64,000 bases of DNA from Chiloscyllium plagiosum. Its lineage: Eukaryota. The translations under genes were made by a program, and so were the position numbers. Positions 1-13,864 of the stretch are shown piece by piece. The number at the start of each line of letters is the position of its first letter. Position 1 is the first letter of the stretch. The DNA lies in contig NC_057723.1 in the NCBI RefSeq assembly GCF_004010195.1, forward strand, positions 49,917,940 to 49,981,939, read 5' to 3'. Below the pieces are notes generated by a model. That model ran no database searches. It was not told the DNA's origin and saw only the letters and a list, made by a program, of their open reading frames with translations.

Positions 1-1344
1 CTCATTAATAAAATAATTACCAAATAAAACACAACCACACATGCTATCTTCTGCATAATCCTGACAAATTCAGAGGGAATCTCAACAAATTAGTAATGCC
101 ACATTATGCAGCATTACAGCTTTTAAACCATACCTGTAAGATAATGCTCTTGTTCTGTCATATCTGAAATACAGTATTTTTGCTCTATTTAGCTTTATAA
201 GTGTCAAGTAGAATATTAAATATGTAACATGATTATTAAACATTTTGGAATTATTAGCCCATCTAAAACTTTTCTTTTATGTAAGTTGACTGGAAAGTGT
301 AATTAAAATACTTCAGACAAATCAAAGTTCAAAAATTGGATCACTTTAAAGACTTAGATAATACTTTATGGGTCACAAAGATGGGATAAGCTGTTAACTT
401 TCTGGCTAAATGGATGATACTGTGGTTTATAACTTAACTTTTCCTCTGTGATATGGCCTCTCCTACTGTGTTAATTTTGTTTTTATGTCTGAACCATTAA
501 CTCTGGGATTTTGCTTCTCCAGGCCAATTATATTGAACAGTGGGCTCATGATGTTTTGAGTGAAGGAAATCCAAGGAAGTTGTTTTTTTTTTAATTCATT
601 GGTTGGGTTTCTTGGCAATTTACTGAGAAGTTTTGTGAATTTGCAAGCCTGTGAATGGCAGCAGTCCAAAAAGCATTGTGTGTGTACAACTATTGAGCAT
701 TCATTGCTCGATAGACGAAGTGGTTCTTTTGAGAAACTGGCAGCAAATGAGGCAGCAATTTAAAATAATTCCCTTAGCTTTTATTGGTATTTTGATGTCT
801 GTTTAAAGTGTCTAGCGATAAGGGCCTCCACTCGCTTCATCTGTTGGTTCAGACTGAAATTTGAGTTCCAGTTGTATCTGCAAAGTGTTACAAGGTTTGC
901 AAGTGTTTAAGTGAATTTTGTTTCTTAATTGCACTATTTGAGCTAGGTGTTATCATCTTCATGTGACACTGTTGCAATTGTACAGTATATTAGTAACATG
1001 TATTTTCCATAGCTCTGAGGCATCACATTAACTTTGATAATATATATGGAGTTCAAAATATGGATCAACTTCTGAGCTGTGCAGTAAAATGTCTGACTGT
1101 ACTTTCAACCCATAAAGGTTTTGCAATAATTCCAAAGATTGCAAGTGTTTTTTTACATTTATCTTCAGTGGAAACACAAAGCAGAGAAATTGGATTAGGA
1201 AAAAAAGATAGAAACAATTCAATTACTAAATGTATCTTTTTTGCCATTTTAAAGCCTTACTTAGAGTTTATAATTATTTTCTCAAGTATGTTAATTAGAA
1301 GGATTAGAGAAATGATCATATGTTTATTAAACTGCATGAGGAGG

Positions 1345-1578
1345 TGAAGTAACTCCACTGAGGCCAGTATCCTGTCACCATGACACCCTCTATTTATATA
1401 TGGAGAGTCCTTGATCCTGATCCAGCTCCTTCAGAGCCAGTTCTGGGACTGAAAAGGATATCGGAGACTCTTGTGCTCACCTGTCAGCCAGGGCTGTCTG
1501 ATGGAGGCTGCTATTCTGGTCCAATCACAGAACTCATTCTATGAGGTTCACCTGGCTGACCTCATTATAATCATTACA
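1345..1578 (-). mobile_element. Solo LTR (234 bp)
   Basis: TG...CA termini (tgaagt...attaca) flanked by a 4-bp direct repeat GAGG (1341-1344 and 1579-1582); TATATAAATA on the minus strand. Confidence 0.6.
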
Positions 1579-2429
1579 GAGGAACACAGGAACCTTTGAA
1601 TGAAACCAAACAAAGCAGATCCCTCCTTTAACTAAAGTTGCAGCAGTCAACTTTTACCCTTCAAATTGTATTATATCTGCTAAACGTATATTGTGTGAAT
1701 TACCAAGTGGGAGAATACAGTGGAATACTAAGGAAATTAAAGATAACAAAGGACAGGCCATCTGTTATTAGGATATTTCTAAACAGGAGAGTCGAAAGCC
1801 TGACTTGTTTTTGTATGTAAACTTTTTAGCATGGTCACTGTAGAGGTCCCTGAAATCTGCATCACAGTACTTCTGGCCTATCAGTGTTCAGTCTCAGTGA
1901 TCTGGTATCCAGTTGTTTGTTGTTGTTTTACTTGTGCTTGCATTATCATAATATTCTCACTATTTCAATGATGAGAATCATGGAACATTCCATTTGTTTG
2001 ATTACCAGCTTTATTGAAGAGTTAATGTAAAAGTACACCTCATTGTAAGATTGTTTTTCTACTGATGATGCACAGTCATTTTCTAGCATAGTTAAAATAA
2101 AGATCAACATTAAATTGTTATCACAGTGTTTTTGATAAAGGTGGCAGCTGCTGTGAAAGTTATTGTCGCAGCAGCAACATGCATTCCTGCTGCATTGGGA
2201 AAACGGTGTGACCCTGGCTTAGAAATGAAATGCAGAGTTGATTGGTCATGGAGCTAGAACCTGTTGGTGGAAAAGTACAAAAATAGCACAGGGAAAATGG
2301 ATGTGTGAAACAAAAATATAAACTGGGTTGATGGATGACAATATTTTGTTTTAGCCAGCAATCAAAAATAACAGTTATTAAACCATGAGAAAGAGCCAAT
2401 TGTTAGAAACATTTAACAATAAAATCGTG

Positions 2430-2778
2430 AGGAGCATGGATAGGATAAATAGACAAGGTCTTTTCCCTGGGCTGGGGGAGTCCGAAATAGAGAGCATAGA
2501 TTTAGGGTAAGAGGGGAAAGATTTAAAGGGACCTAAAGGGCACCTTTTCCATGCAAAGGATGGTGCATGTATGGAATGAGCTGCCAGAGGAAATGGCGGA
2601 GGCTGGTACAATTGCAATATTTAAAATACATCTGGATAGGTACATGAATAAGATGTGTTTGGAGAGATATAGGCCTGGTGCTGGCAAATGGGGCTGGATT
2701 AATTTAGGATATCTGGTTGGCATGGGCGAGTTGGACCGAAGGGTCTCTTTCTGTGCTGTACATCTCTATGACTCTATG
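2430..2778 (+). mobile_element. CR1/HER1-type LINE 3' fragment
   Basis: Similar to the copies at 22.1, 43.4 and 54.4 kb; RT C-terminal remnant (RMVHVWNELPEE...FKIHLDRYM); ends in a ctctatgactctatg tail. Confidence 0.85.
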
Positions 2779-2999
2779 TGGATAGAAGCAGGAATCCAGA
2801 AAGGTTGTTAAATCACAGCAGTAGGTCTAATAGGTATTAGTGAGAGATGTTAATGTTTGGATAGTGCTGTGGTACTGTATAAATAAATAGTAACAAATCG
2901 ACTAGTAAATAGGCAAATGTTGGTGACAGGAATAGTACCCAGTAATATTTATTAATTGTTTCATATGTAACCAATGACTTTGAAACACTGTATGCAAGG

Positions 3000-3500
3000 G
3001 AACATAAGATTATATGGAATAGATGCAGCAGTGAGTTATATGGCTTATAAATAAGATCATGGTTGATCTACAACAACTCCAACTTACCACTCTCTCTCAA
3101 TTATCCCTCAATTCTCTCAGTGCCCAAAACTCTATCAATTTCCATCTTGAACATACTCATCTACTCAGTGTTCTCAGGGCTTTGGGGAAAGGGAATGTGA
3201 GAATAATTCCTAAAGATCCACGTTTTATCTGAGTTGAGAGCATTCTCTTCGTTTCAGTTCTAACTGGCGAAGCCCTCACCAGCTAGCCAGGAGAAACAGG
3301 TTGTAAGCTAGAATCTTATTTGTTTCATTGAAATCAACACAGCATTTTAAACCTCTGAGAGTACAAGCTCATTCTACTCCATCCCTGTTCATACAACAAA
3401 CCTCTCATCCTAGGAATCAATCTAGTGAGCCATAGTTCCATCCCCGTGAAGGAAATGTTTCCTTGCTCAGGTGAGCAGACAAAGATGTGTACAGCACAGA
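3000..3500 (-). mobile_element. Decayed CR1-like LINE 3' fragment
   Basis: Begins with an aacataaga-type tail; diverged similarity to the 12.2-13.4 and 38.1-39.2 kb copies. Confidence 0.55.
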
Positions 3501-3539
3501 TGTGATCCAGCTAAAATACATTATAATTGCAGTTAAAAA

Positions 3540-4105
3540 AATTGCAACAATATTGCACCTGTCATGATGACAAGACATCCCAAAACATCTTATAGTCAGT
3601 GAGATACTTTTTGAACTGTGATTACATGAAATGTAGGAAAGACTAGAGAATCTGCACATAACACAAATGTGGTAATGACCAGATGTGGGAATGATTCCTG
3701 AAGAAGGGCTCATGCCCGAAACGTCGATTCTCCTGCTCCTTGGATGCTGCCTCGATTCTCCTGCTCCTTGGATGCTGCCTGACCTGCTGCGCTTTTCCAG
3801 CAACACATTTTTGGCAATGACCAGATGTAACCTATTTTTGTGATGTTATTTGAGGATACACCCTTTTAGGAGAGTGAGAATAACTCCCCTCCTTTTCTTT
3901 GAAACAGAATCATGCAATCTCCACCTGAGTGGGTAAACAAGACCTTGGTTTAAATACTCAATTAAAATTCACCATCTTCAACAGTTAGCATTTCTTCATT
4001 GATGTATCAGCCTTGATTTGTGGGTGTGTGTCCTTGGAATGGCATTTGAACCCCTAACTTTCAGACTGAGTGCATGAGTAGGATCAAGTGAGCCAGCGGC
4101 TGACA
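3540..4105 (-). mobile_element. Deu-domain (SacSINE1/AmnSINE-like) tRNA SINE, interrupted by a Penelope-type insert
   Basis: ccacctgag...ccttggtttaa...ccatcttcaacag resembles the reverse complement of the Deu core; tRNA-like head at the right end; related decayed copies near 10.8, 16.2, 21.5 and 46.0 kb. Confidence 0.6.
3687..3815 (+). mobile_element. Penelope-like pLTR fragment with a minimal hammerhead motif
   Basis: 13-bp TSD aatgaccagatgt (3674-3686 and 3816-3828); CTGAAGA-a-GGGC-tcat-GCCC-GAAA-CG-TC at 3698-3725; internal 28-bp tandem duplication (3724-3751 and 3752-3779). Confidence 0.75.
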
Positions 4106-5229
4106 TAGCTGACGAAGACCTCCATGCCTCCAAGACCTCCATCTTAGAATAAAGACCAGCATACTGTTTACTTTCCTAATTCTTTGGTACACCAACATGT
4201 TAATTTTATTATCAGTGCCAAACATCTACTGCATCCTCCTTTCACCATTCCATTTTGCATATTTTTATAAAAGTTAGACTGTTTTCAGTGCTATTGATTG
4301 GACATGTTGGATCTATCTGTTATATTATTTCAGAGTAAGTTAGGTATGAAGAGTCTAAATAAAATAGATAAGGAGAATTAAATAAATAAGGAGAAACCTC
4401 CTATTGGTTGAAGGCCAATAACCAGACTACACAAATACAAGGTGATCGGCAAAACATGTAACCATGACAAGAGAGTATACTTTTCAGTCACAAGGATTTC
4501 AAAAGCACTATCTAAGAGTTGTGAAGACAAATTCAGTTCTGGCCTTTGCAGTAACCTTAAAGCAGGATCTGAAGAGGAATAATTGGCACGGCTGTGTGGA
4601 AAAGGTAAGGAATTGACCCTAAGTGCATGGCCTCCTGTGCTCTGCATGATCCTGACCATTACCATCTGCACATGTAAATGTGTATCCAGAATTCCACCTC
4701 ACTTACTATTATATTAAAGTCTGTTCCCAAGTGCAAATTTATCATCATTCCACCACACACGGGGAGCAATGTGAAAAGTATTCTCGATGCTTATGTTAAA
4801 TCGTGCAATTATTTCAGACTTTGGGATACCATTAGATCATGTGATGGCAGCAGATGTTTATGAATGAAGCTAAAATGTTCTAATAAAATACACTTACCTG
4901 AGCACGTTGATTAGGAAAATATCTATAATGAAATACATGCTAAATTCAATCAAGAAAAATCAACCTGAATTAGTGCCTGAAAGAGAGAAAACAACTGAGT
5001 GAAGGAAATGGCTCCCAGCACAGCAGTGAATGTGTAGCTACAGCTCAGACTGACGTTGGAGACCAATGATGTTTTGGAGGAATTTGAGAAATTTTAAGAC
5101 TATCGACACATAAGGCTATGAGTAGCCAAATGATGTGACTGGCTACTGATATGACTAGTTGATCAATAAAGAAGATGGCAAAGGTGTTATCAGAAGCAGA
5201 GAAATCAAAACATACTCTGGAGGATAATG

Positions 5230-8200
5230 TCTTGTACCATCAAGCTGAAGTTTGATGCTGGAGCACTGAATTATATCATCCCAATTATACTGAACAAAAT
5301 TTTGCATGAACATTTGAAGAGAATGTTTATCCAATGTAAAATGATGCCTGTTAGAACTATATTTGATAGCTGAGAAACACCCAAATCAGAGGGACGCACA
5401 AAGCGAAAAGGAATTGACTGTATATTGCAGATCACTGCAACAGTTGTACTTTGATGGATTTGAACTTCACAAAAAGCTGCAGCTGTAAGCCATAGAAAGA
5501 TGGAGGTGGCACTGAGGATTGAAGGTTGAAACTATTGAAAAACATCCTCCAATCAAAGGCAAGAAAGATCAGGTCCAAGTGCTTCCCTTGAGAGCAGCTA
5601 TCCCTTGATTTGAGAATGATGTCTATGCAATCACCTATGACATCTTGTAATGAACAAGCCAATTTTTTGACAGTCAAATCTTTGGATACATGAAGATAGG
5701 ATGTCCATGAGGTTATGTAATGCAGAGTGAAGGTTTAGCTTCCCTTTTTTCCCCTTCTTCTATCATTAAAATGTGGCCCTTGATGCCTGTGCATGACTTT
5801 TTTAAACATAGGTACTTGAAATGTCTTCGCTGTCCACACATTCTTGGTGGCATTGTGTTCGGATGTCACGGGTAAGATGATTGGTATCACCTTAACTCTG
5901 AACCTGCCTTTTGTCTTTGCAGCCAGTGATATTTGTGGTCATCCATGAGCTGTTCTGCTGTTGTGGAATTTACTTTTTCAAAACAAGATGTCCTGCCAAG
6001 AATGGTAACACCTGCAGCAAGGAGTTTCTGGTGGCTTTGCTCAGGTTGTTCTAAGAATCGTTGATGTTGTTGAAAATCTTGTGCTTTTCAATATGACCAT
6101 CTACAAAGAGAGAAAGCTGCAAGAAACAAGTTTGTCATACTACAACAGAGAAACCTGTCACTCTGTGAGTGAAGAAGCAGAAGTGTTAATGGAATTTGCA
6201 TCCAAAAACTCTTAACATCAGCTGAGGTCAACTGTGCTGAAATAGAAAGAGAGTTTTTGTCTTTGGTGCATAGATTCAAGCAAATGTTCAAGAAAGTTCA
6301 TTGGAAAGAATAATAGTCATCCAATAGAGAAGTCTTTAAAGAAAATGCTGTGTCAAGCACTGGCAATAGTGCAGTGGTTACTCTTGAGGTTTCACAGTAT
6401 GATTTCCTTCTAGGAAGCAGAAATAGCACTAACAGGTGTCATATTGCATCTGAGGTCTCATGAGAAACATGAGATTAAACATCTAGGTATAAAGATCTGT
6501 CATCTAGTGAACATAACACCACTGAAACAGAGTCAAATTATAAATGAGACTGGAAAGACAAAGAGCTGCAAATGCTCTCTCAGCAACTGATCCAGAGATG
6601 GTTTGGTGAGTTACAGCAAATACAGCCAACAGTACATCAGTATTGGTCTATCAGAAATGCCATCTCATTAGAAGATAGAGTTCTGCTGGCAAGATCTAGA
6701 ATCATTGGACCCAAAATAAACAGAATCTCCAGAAAATACTGTTTTGTCCAAGTGAAGAGGGTGATTCGATTCCCCTCTCTTTATCCTCTTCTTGTTTGGG
6801 CGTGGCAATTGTTAAAAATGTTTTGGCATGTATCTATTGCACTTCAGTTGAAATGTAGTTTCCTAGAAAATGAAGGAGCCAATTACCAAGTTTTACTTGA
6901 GTGAAAGAAAAAAGAATTCTTCTATCTACTTGAATAAAAACAGTAAAAATGCATACACACACTCTCAGACACAGGTGAAAAGTTTAAAAACTGGAGTTTC
7001 TGGAGTGCTACAAGCAAGTAGAACAAAGTTTGTCCAATTACAAAGTCTTTAGAATCCTTGAGGTATTGAATTCTTCATCTCATTCCTTTGGAATCTATAG
7101 GTACCTTTGAGCTTTTGCAGAATGGTTATGATCCTGGTTTGCTTTAATGCCGATTGTTGTATTCTGACATGATGAGGAAAGCAGACGGCGAGAGAGAGTT
7201 CCAGCTCACAAATTCACAAATTCACTTTCCATCTCTTTGTTCAGCTGTTCAGAAGCAACTATTAAAATATAATTCAGTGTGTATTATAGAATCTAGCTCA
7301 ATTTGTCTTTCCAAGCTGGCTAACTGGCAAGTGAGCCTTTCATTGCAATTGAAATTACCCTACAAGTGTGAATTAAACAAATGTGAATTTCTTCATATGA
7401 CTGAATTGCCTCATTTTTATGGCTTTAGATAAAAAGGGTAAATTAAATACAGCTACATTCATTACACATGTATATCATGAAACTTGAATGAATCTGTGGT
7501 TGGGTGATCACTGCAGTCATTTTTGGTTCATGTTTCTACCATTTTTTAAAAATTGTTTTTGTCCCTGGAAGTTTTTATGTTTAACAATCAAATGATGGAA
7601 ATATAAAATTTAATAGTGCCACGGCAATAATAATACATGAATCTCACATGGAAAGTGAGAAGAGTAAGCTCAGAGCCAGATCAGCTGTGCCTTGGATAAG
7701 CCTTTAAAAAGCCATTGAAAGAATGGTATCTGAGTGTGTGGTTTGCTAGAGGTGATGACTACTGAGGTAGCATCCAAATCATAGAATGTGGGTACAGTAG
7801 GAGCCACCTTATTTCTACAGTTTTGAGCAGTACATTAAGCATTACAACAGTACAATGTCTGTTTGCTGAGCAAGGAATTCTTAAAATAGTAATATGTGAT
7901 AATTATACTCAATTCATACCCACGAAATTTAATGATAGATTTAACATCATAACTTCATCCCACATTGCACAAGTGCACACTATTTCTTCGAAAGCCATGG
8001 ACCACGTTAAACACAGAGATGATAAAAGACCTTGCTTTATTATTCCTCCGAATTATGATTATGAAGATTAAAATTAAATTACCTGCAGAGCTACTTAATA
8101 TGGGAGGTGTATGACAACTTTACCAAGTACTGTAAGACAAGTAACCAAGAGGAATTAAGCATCAACTCATTGTTGCACAGGTAGAAGAAAGTCAACACTT

Positions 8201-8300
8201 CAGCAAACAAATAACTCATGTTTATACACATATAAGATATATATTTTTAAAATCTGGAACAAATATTGTTGGTAAAATTGAGAGTTCAAGATCGCACATC
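5230..8300 (+). mobile_element. Highly decayed Ty3/Gypsy LTR-retrotransposon pol relic
   Basis: Colinear remnants: protease-like KLKFDAGA (~5242); DKELQMLSQQLIQRW..P.VHQYWSIRNAISLEDRVLL..SRII.P (6560-6712); integrase HHCC IHESHM..KSKLRARSAVPW..AIERMVSECVVC (7632-7746); rve core LFAEQGILKIVICDNYTQF (7860-7916); PAELL (~8082). Many frameshifts and stops; boundaries approximate. Confidence 0.75.
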
Positions 8301-8669
8301 ACCGGGATTGAAACTGACAAGCAGATGAGAAGGAACAGAGACCATGTTCCACTTAAACCAGAACTGGTGAAGCAGAAGCAGTCAGCAACCTCACCAAGAA
8401 TGTCACCAACAACAAACAAACAAACATCACTGTATTGTAACAGCATCATCATTTTAAGACACAAACAGCAGCAACATAAAACACTGCTTTTGCAACACTA
8501 GAGACAACATTGCTAGTACAGCTAACCAACTCATCACAGAGCAGTGGCAGCTGAATCCATGCAATGGAGGCACAACAGCTTACTATCTGAGTGGATTCAC
8601 GAACAATTTGGTATCCTTTTTAGATTTACAAGTCAAGTGTAAATGTTCATTGGTGTAGACATGATGGCA

Positions 8670-9368
8670 ATAGATTGAGAGATGCAATGAGACCTGCCTG
8701 TTCTCATAACACCAGTTGCTGAAATTAAGTGTGCAGGTGCAGTAGGCAATGAAGAAGGTAAATGGTATCTTGGTCTTCATAGCAAGAGGATTTGAAGCAA
8801 AGATGTCTTGTTGTGATTGTGCAGGGCCTTGGTGAGACCACAGCTGCAGTATTGTGTGCAATCCTGGTCTCTTTATCTGAGGATAGATGTTTGGACTATG
8901 GAGGGAATGCAGCAAAGGTTTACCAAACTGATTCCTGAGTTGACAAGACTGGCAAATGAAGAGAGATTGGTTCGGTTAAGACTATATCCACTAGAGTTTG
9001 GAAGAATGAGGGGGGATTTCATAGAAATCTATAAAATTCTAACTGGATTAGACAGGTACATGCAGTTCTCTGATGACTGAGAAATCTAGAACCAGGTATC
9101 ACAGTCTAGCGATTCAGGGTAGGCCATATTGGACTGAGATGGGGAGAAATTCCTTTATCCAGAGAATGGTGAGCGTGTAGAATTCTATGCTACAAAAAGA
9201 GGTTGAGACTGAAACAGTAAATTTCTTGTGGCTGAAGGAATCAAAGGGCAAGCAGAAAAAGTGGGAACATGGTTCTGAGTTGGATGATCAGCCATGATCA
9301 TATTGAGTGGTGCAGAAGGTTTGAAGGGCTGATTAGCACCTACTCCTGTCCTATTTTCTGTGTTTCTA
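8670..9368 (+). mobile_element. CR1-like LINE 3' fragment
   Basis: ORF 8817..9080 (RALVRPQLQYCVQSWS..QQRFTKLIP..RMRGDFIEIYKIL) is a CR1 RT C-terminus; ends in a tttctgtgtttcta tail. Confidence 0.88.
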
Positions 9369-12199
9369 AAATGCAAAAATAATTGGAAAAGATAATGTTT
9401 ATATCAGAAAAATTTTAAAGTGAGTATAATATTACATTCGATACTATAATGAAATAATATGGAAACAGTATTACCATATGCATGTATACATGTATATTCA
9501 GGATCTGGATCACTCACCGTTGCTGTGCAGCATCATTTTGCGCATTTGTGGAGAGATGTGAAAAATATACTTTACATGAGGTGCATTTCCTACGGTAAAT
9601 AGTGTGATTATGTCAGATTTCTGGGATCCCACGGCATAGCATTATTTATATTAAAGGACATATTAACCTTGATCCTAACAATTTAAGGCCACAAATTCTG
9701 TCCTCCATTTTATTACCCACCTCCCTCCAAGCTCAGTGTCTTGTTTCCATGCTGTCACGGTGTGTAGGGATGACATAATTTCTGTGATCAACACCTACTA
9801 TTAACACCTAATTTTCATCCATATCATTTGTCTACTACCATCAGCACTCCATTTACCTTTTGCTGAGGACATTTTCACCATCACAATCTGGGCCTGTTCA
9901 TCTTTATGTATGAAATTATTCATCAATGTCATTTGAATCTTTTGTGCATATCGACACAGTAAACCCTGACCATTCACAAAGTTTATGTTCCCGGAAAACC
10001 TCTCAAATAACAAGCATGATTTTCTAATTGAAGTCAGTTGCATAGGTTACAACTATCCAAAATTTTATACATACATTACACAGAAGATAACATTTAATAT
10101 AAGCTATTTTTATATAAATTAAAGTATTCTACTGGATGAAGTTAAAATAAGCTATTTAGATTAAATTTATCAGACCAGCTCTTCTTATAAAGCTTCACTG
10201 CATTTTAAATCATGACAATAATGTGAGGCTGAGGTACAACACAGCTGACATGCAGCGCTCACTTTCCAGTCCCATAAATACAGTTTCAGATCATTACCTG
10301 AAAATCTTAGCCCATTTATTTGTCTTGGTTTTTTTTCCCTTTCCCTGATGACTCTTTCAATTTTTCTTCTATCTTTTGTTCCTGAGAATTGTGGATAAGT
10401 GAACATTTGTCCTGTAATAGGCGAAATGGTGTATCGAGCACCATGTCCCGATAGGTACATTTGTGAATGCCAAAGACAGGAATGACAGGACTTTACTGAA
10501 TAGTGCCTTTAATTTTAGCTGTGGTCTAATTTTCCCTAATACGCTCTTAGCTCATGCTCTGTTAGGCTTAATTGTACTCTTTGTCTCTTCGTGATGCATG
10601 CTGCTTGGTTTCATCCAGACAACTGCAATGCTGTGCAATTTTGATTTTTCTCTTTAGACTTTTAAATTTTCCTTTACATGAACCTTGCTTCTGTGTTATG
10701 ATCTATCTTTTGCTTGGGTATCGGACAGCCAGTTTTCACACAGCAAGATAGCAGAACCAACCAACGAGAAGAATGGTCAGTTAAACTAATTTTGGTGACG
10801 TTGCTTACAGTTGAATGTTCAATGTAAATTTCCTGGTTTTCAAATTGTATAATGGAATTCCTAAGGTCTACATGAAAAATTCATTTTAACAACTCTACTG
10901 AAGGGCAGCACCTCCAGCAATGCAAAGCTTGTGCTCAATAAATTCAAATCTTGACCTGACACGGGACTTCAAGATGAAAGCCAAATATGATTACTTAAAA
11001 AGCGATATCTGTACTCTTTCCATTAATAAGTTTTAAATAATCCTTTACCTGTAATGACTGTAGGTAATGTTATTTTAGAATTTTAAAAAAATGTGAGTGT
11101 AACATTCTGCGAAGACATTCATACTTCTTTTATCTCCTCCTCCTCCCCCTTCCCACTGTCCTCTCCACTTCACATTTCTCGTCCCCATCATGTATCTTTA
11201 TTTAATCTTCCCTTTCTTTACTTAATTCCACTTTTCCTCCTCCTCTTTTCCATTATGTTTTCTTTTTCCCCTCACGCTACCCTTCCATTGTGACTTATAT
11301 TAATAATTCAAAAGATCCAGTCTTGTCCACCCAACCATAACTGTCCTACGCAGTAAATCAACTCAGTTATTTATTTAATAATTTTGCATTAATATGTTAT
11401 ATTTGTACTCTATTATATCAATTCATTCTAACATAACCATAATGCAATAACTCAAAAATATACTTAAACAGGCTGATGACATTTATGTCACCAGGCTAAC
11501 AATTAAATTGCACAATCTACCACGAATTTCAATTGTTTTTCTTGTAAAATCCCTTTGAGGTTTGTTAAAATGTGTATTTTGCATTGTAGTTAATTGGTCA
11601 CATGCATCCTGCAAATGATCAATTTGTAAGAATAATGAGAATGCTTTGACCCTATTCAAAGGGGGCAAGTTTGAATGAATGTTCTTGCAGAAGTCTGCCC
11701 ACATAATAATAAGTATATTTGATTAGAGTTAAATTAGGGTTATATCCAGACATAGGCCTGGCGTTCTACTCACTGTACTGCACTCAAATAAAATAAACTG
11801 TTTATAATGCCATGGTTCTGAAGAGATTAATATTTATGGTCCATTAGCTCCTCTTATTCAACTGTACACACACACAATTCTAGGTGCAGACAGAAAGTTC
11901 TATTCTAGTTCTTTGGAGGGAGAAGATGTATTTGTACCAGCACCCTAAGATCCTAGCAATTACACTTTACCAAATATACTTACTGTTTTCATGCAATAAA
12001 CCTTGAGCTCAGAACTTTTGTAGATTGTCTATTCCAATGTATCATATGCTATTGATCAATTGACAGACCCAAGACAAAACAAAGCCAAGGAGGATTGTTA
12101 GCAGCAAATTACCTTACTCTGTACGACACACTGGCAAATTCTACAAGGTGTTCATGGCGGTCATCTGGGAAAGTACCACAGAAACCAATTCTTATAAGA

Positions 12200-13390
12200 C
12201 AATAAGATGTAGGAGTAGAAGTTGGACAGTCAACCCATTGAGTTTGTGTGCTGCCACTCAGATCACGGCTGATGGGTTAATCCTCAACTCCACTTTCCTG
12301 TCCATTCCCCAGAGCACTTGATTCACTTTTGATTACAGTAGAGTCAATTCTACTATAACGCAGTACTTCCATTCTTGTTTTATAAGAAAGTTGAGTAATA
12401 ACAGCAGTGTTTAAACTAATGGGTCTGGTATCGTGTTATAACCAATACATGCTTTAAAAGTTCACTCTTTAGAAGCAGTGTTTCCAATTTGTTATGAAAC
12501 ACGCTTTATAGCAGAACAACCTGTATGTGTATCTCAGTCCTGAACATAATTAATGACTCAGCCTCAGCAGCCCTCTGTGATAAAGATATCCACAGATTCT
12601 CCCCCCAAGGGAAGAGATTCCTTTCTATCTCTGTCTTAAACGTGTGACTCCTTATTCTGACAATATGTCCTCTAGTCTTAAACTCTCCCACAAAGGTAAA
12701 CAACCTCTGTGCATCCACCTTGCTAAGTCCTCTATGAATCTTTTACGTTTCTGTAATGTTGCCTCTCATTCTTCAAAATTGCACGCGTACAGCCGAACCT
12801 ACTTAACTTCAATTCATAAGTCAGTCCATCCACTCCTGGCATCAGCCGAGGGATCCTTCTCCAGACTGCCTCTGAAACCAGTAAATCTTTCCTTGGGTAA
12901 GGGGCACAAAACTGCTCACAGTATTCCAATTTTCGCGTCTGACTGCTATAATCTGACTACTTTAGCCTTGTAGTATTTTAGCAAAACCTTCCTACATTTA
13001 TACTCCATTGCCTTTGAAATAAAGGTGAACGTTCCATATGCTTTCCTTATTACCTACGGAACTCGGACACTAGCTTTTAGTTATTCATGGATGAGGACCT
13101 CCAAATCTCTCTGTTTTTTCTGCATTTTTTTCTCCATTTCAATAATATTCTGCTGCACTATTCTTCCTGCCAAAGCACATTACTTCACATTTTGCTACAT
13201 TATATTCCATCTGCCAAGTTTTCACCTATTCGTTTAACCAGTCTACATCCCTCTCCAGATTCTTTGTGTCATTCTCCACCACTTACCTTCCCACCTACGT
13301 TTATGTTCACTTTCCTCAGCCAAGTCATCAATATATATTGCAAATAATGTGGCCCCCTGTGGCACACCACTAGTTACAGGTTATAATCCT
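12200..13390 (-). mobile_element. CR1-like LINE 3' fragment with a nested MITE
   Basis: ORF 12732..12929 (EYCEQFCAPY.RKD...RRIPRLMPG) is an RT remnant; cataaga tail at the left end. Confidence 0.8.
12336..12523. mobile_element. Tigger/pogo-like (Tc1-mariner) MITE, 188 bp
   Basis: TA|CAG...CTG|TA ends; imperfect TIRs (ttctactataacgc versus gctttatagcagaa); splits the surrounding LINE. Confidence 0.65.
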
Positions 13391-13864
13391 GAAACTCCAG
13401 TGAGTAAAATTTCAAAAGAGGCTACTTATGTTATCGCAGAATTATCAGTGATGTCTGATTCAGCTGGAATTAACCAGCCATGTTTTAAGCTATTTCAAAA
13501 GGACAGGGATTGTCAGACACATTGTCAGCAATGCGTAATGGGATTTTGACAAGTGGTCTTGGTAAATACAGGATTAGACAATGTATTTTGTATGACAGCA
13601 GTTGCATTACTGATGGGATTGAACTTTATGCAACTATTGTAGACCAGTCATAAAACTGCCAGAGGCATTTCCAGGTGGAGTTGTTAAAATTTGTCTTCTT
13701 TAATAAAATGTAAGGTGCACAATAAGTGACAGAATGAATATTGACAGCAATTTCTCTGTTTCCTCTTCTAATTGTTAACCTAGCAGTGATTTGGTGGCTG
13801 CCAAATAAGAGCACTGCTTTCCAACTTAGTTGAAATTCAACCTATTATTTAATTGAAAACAAAA

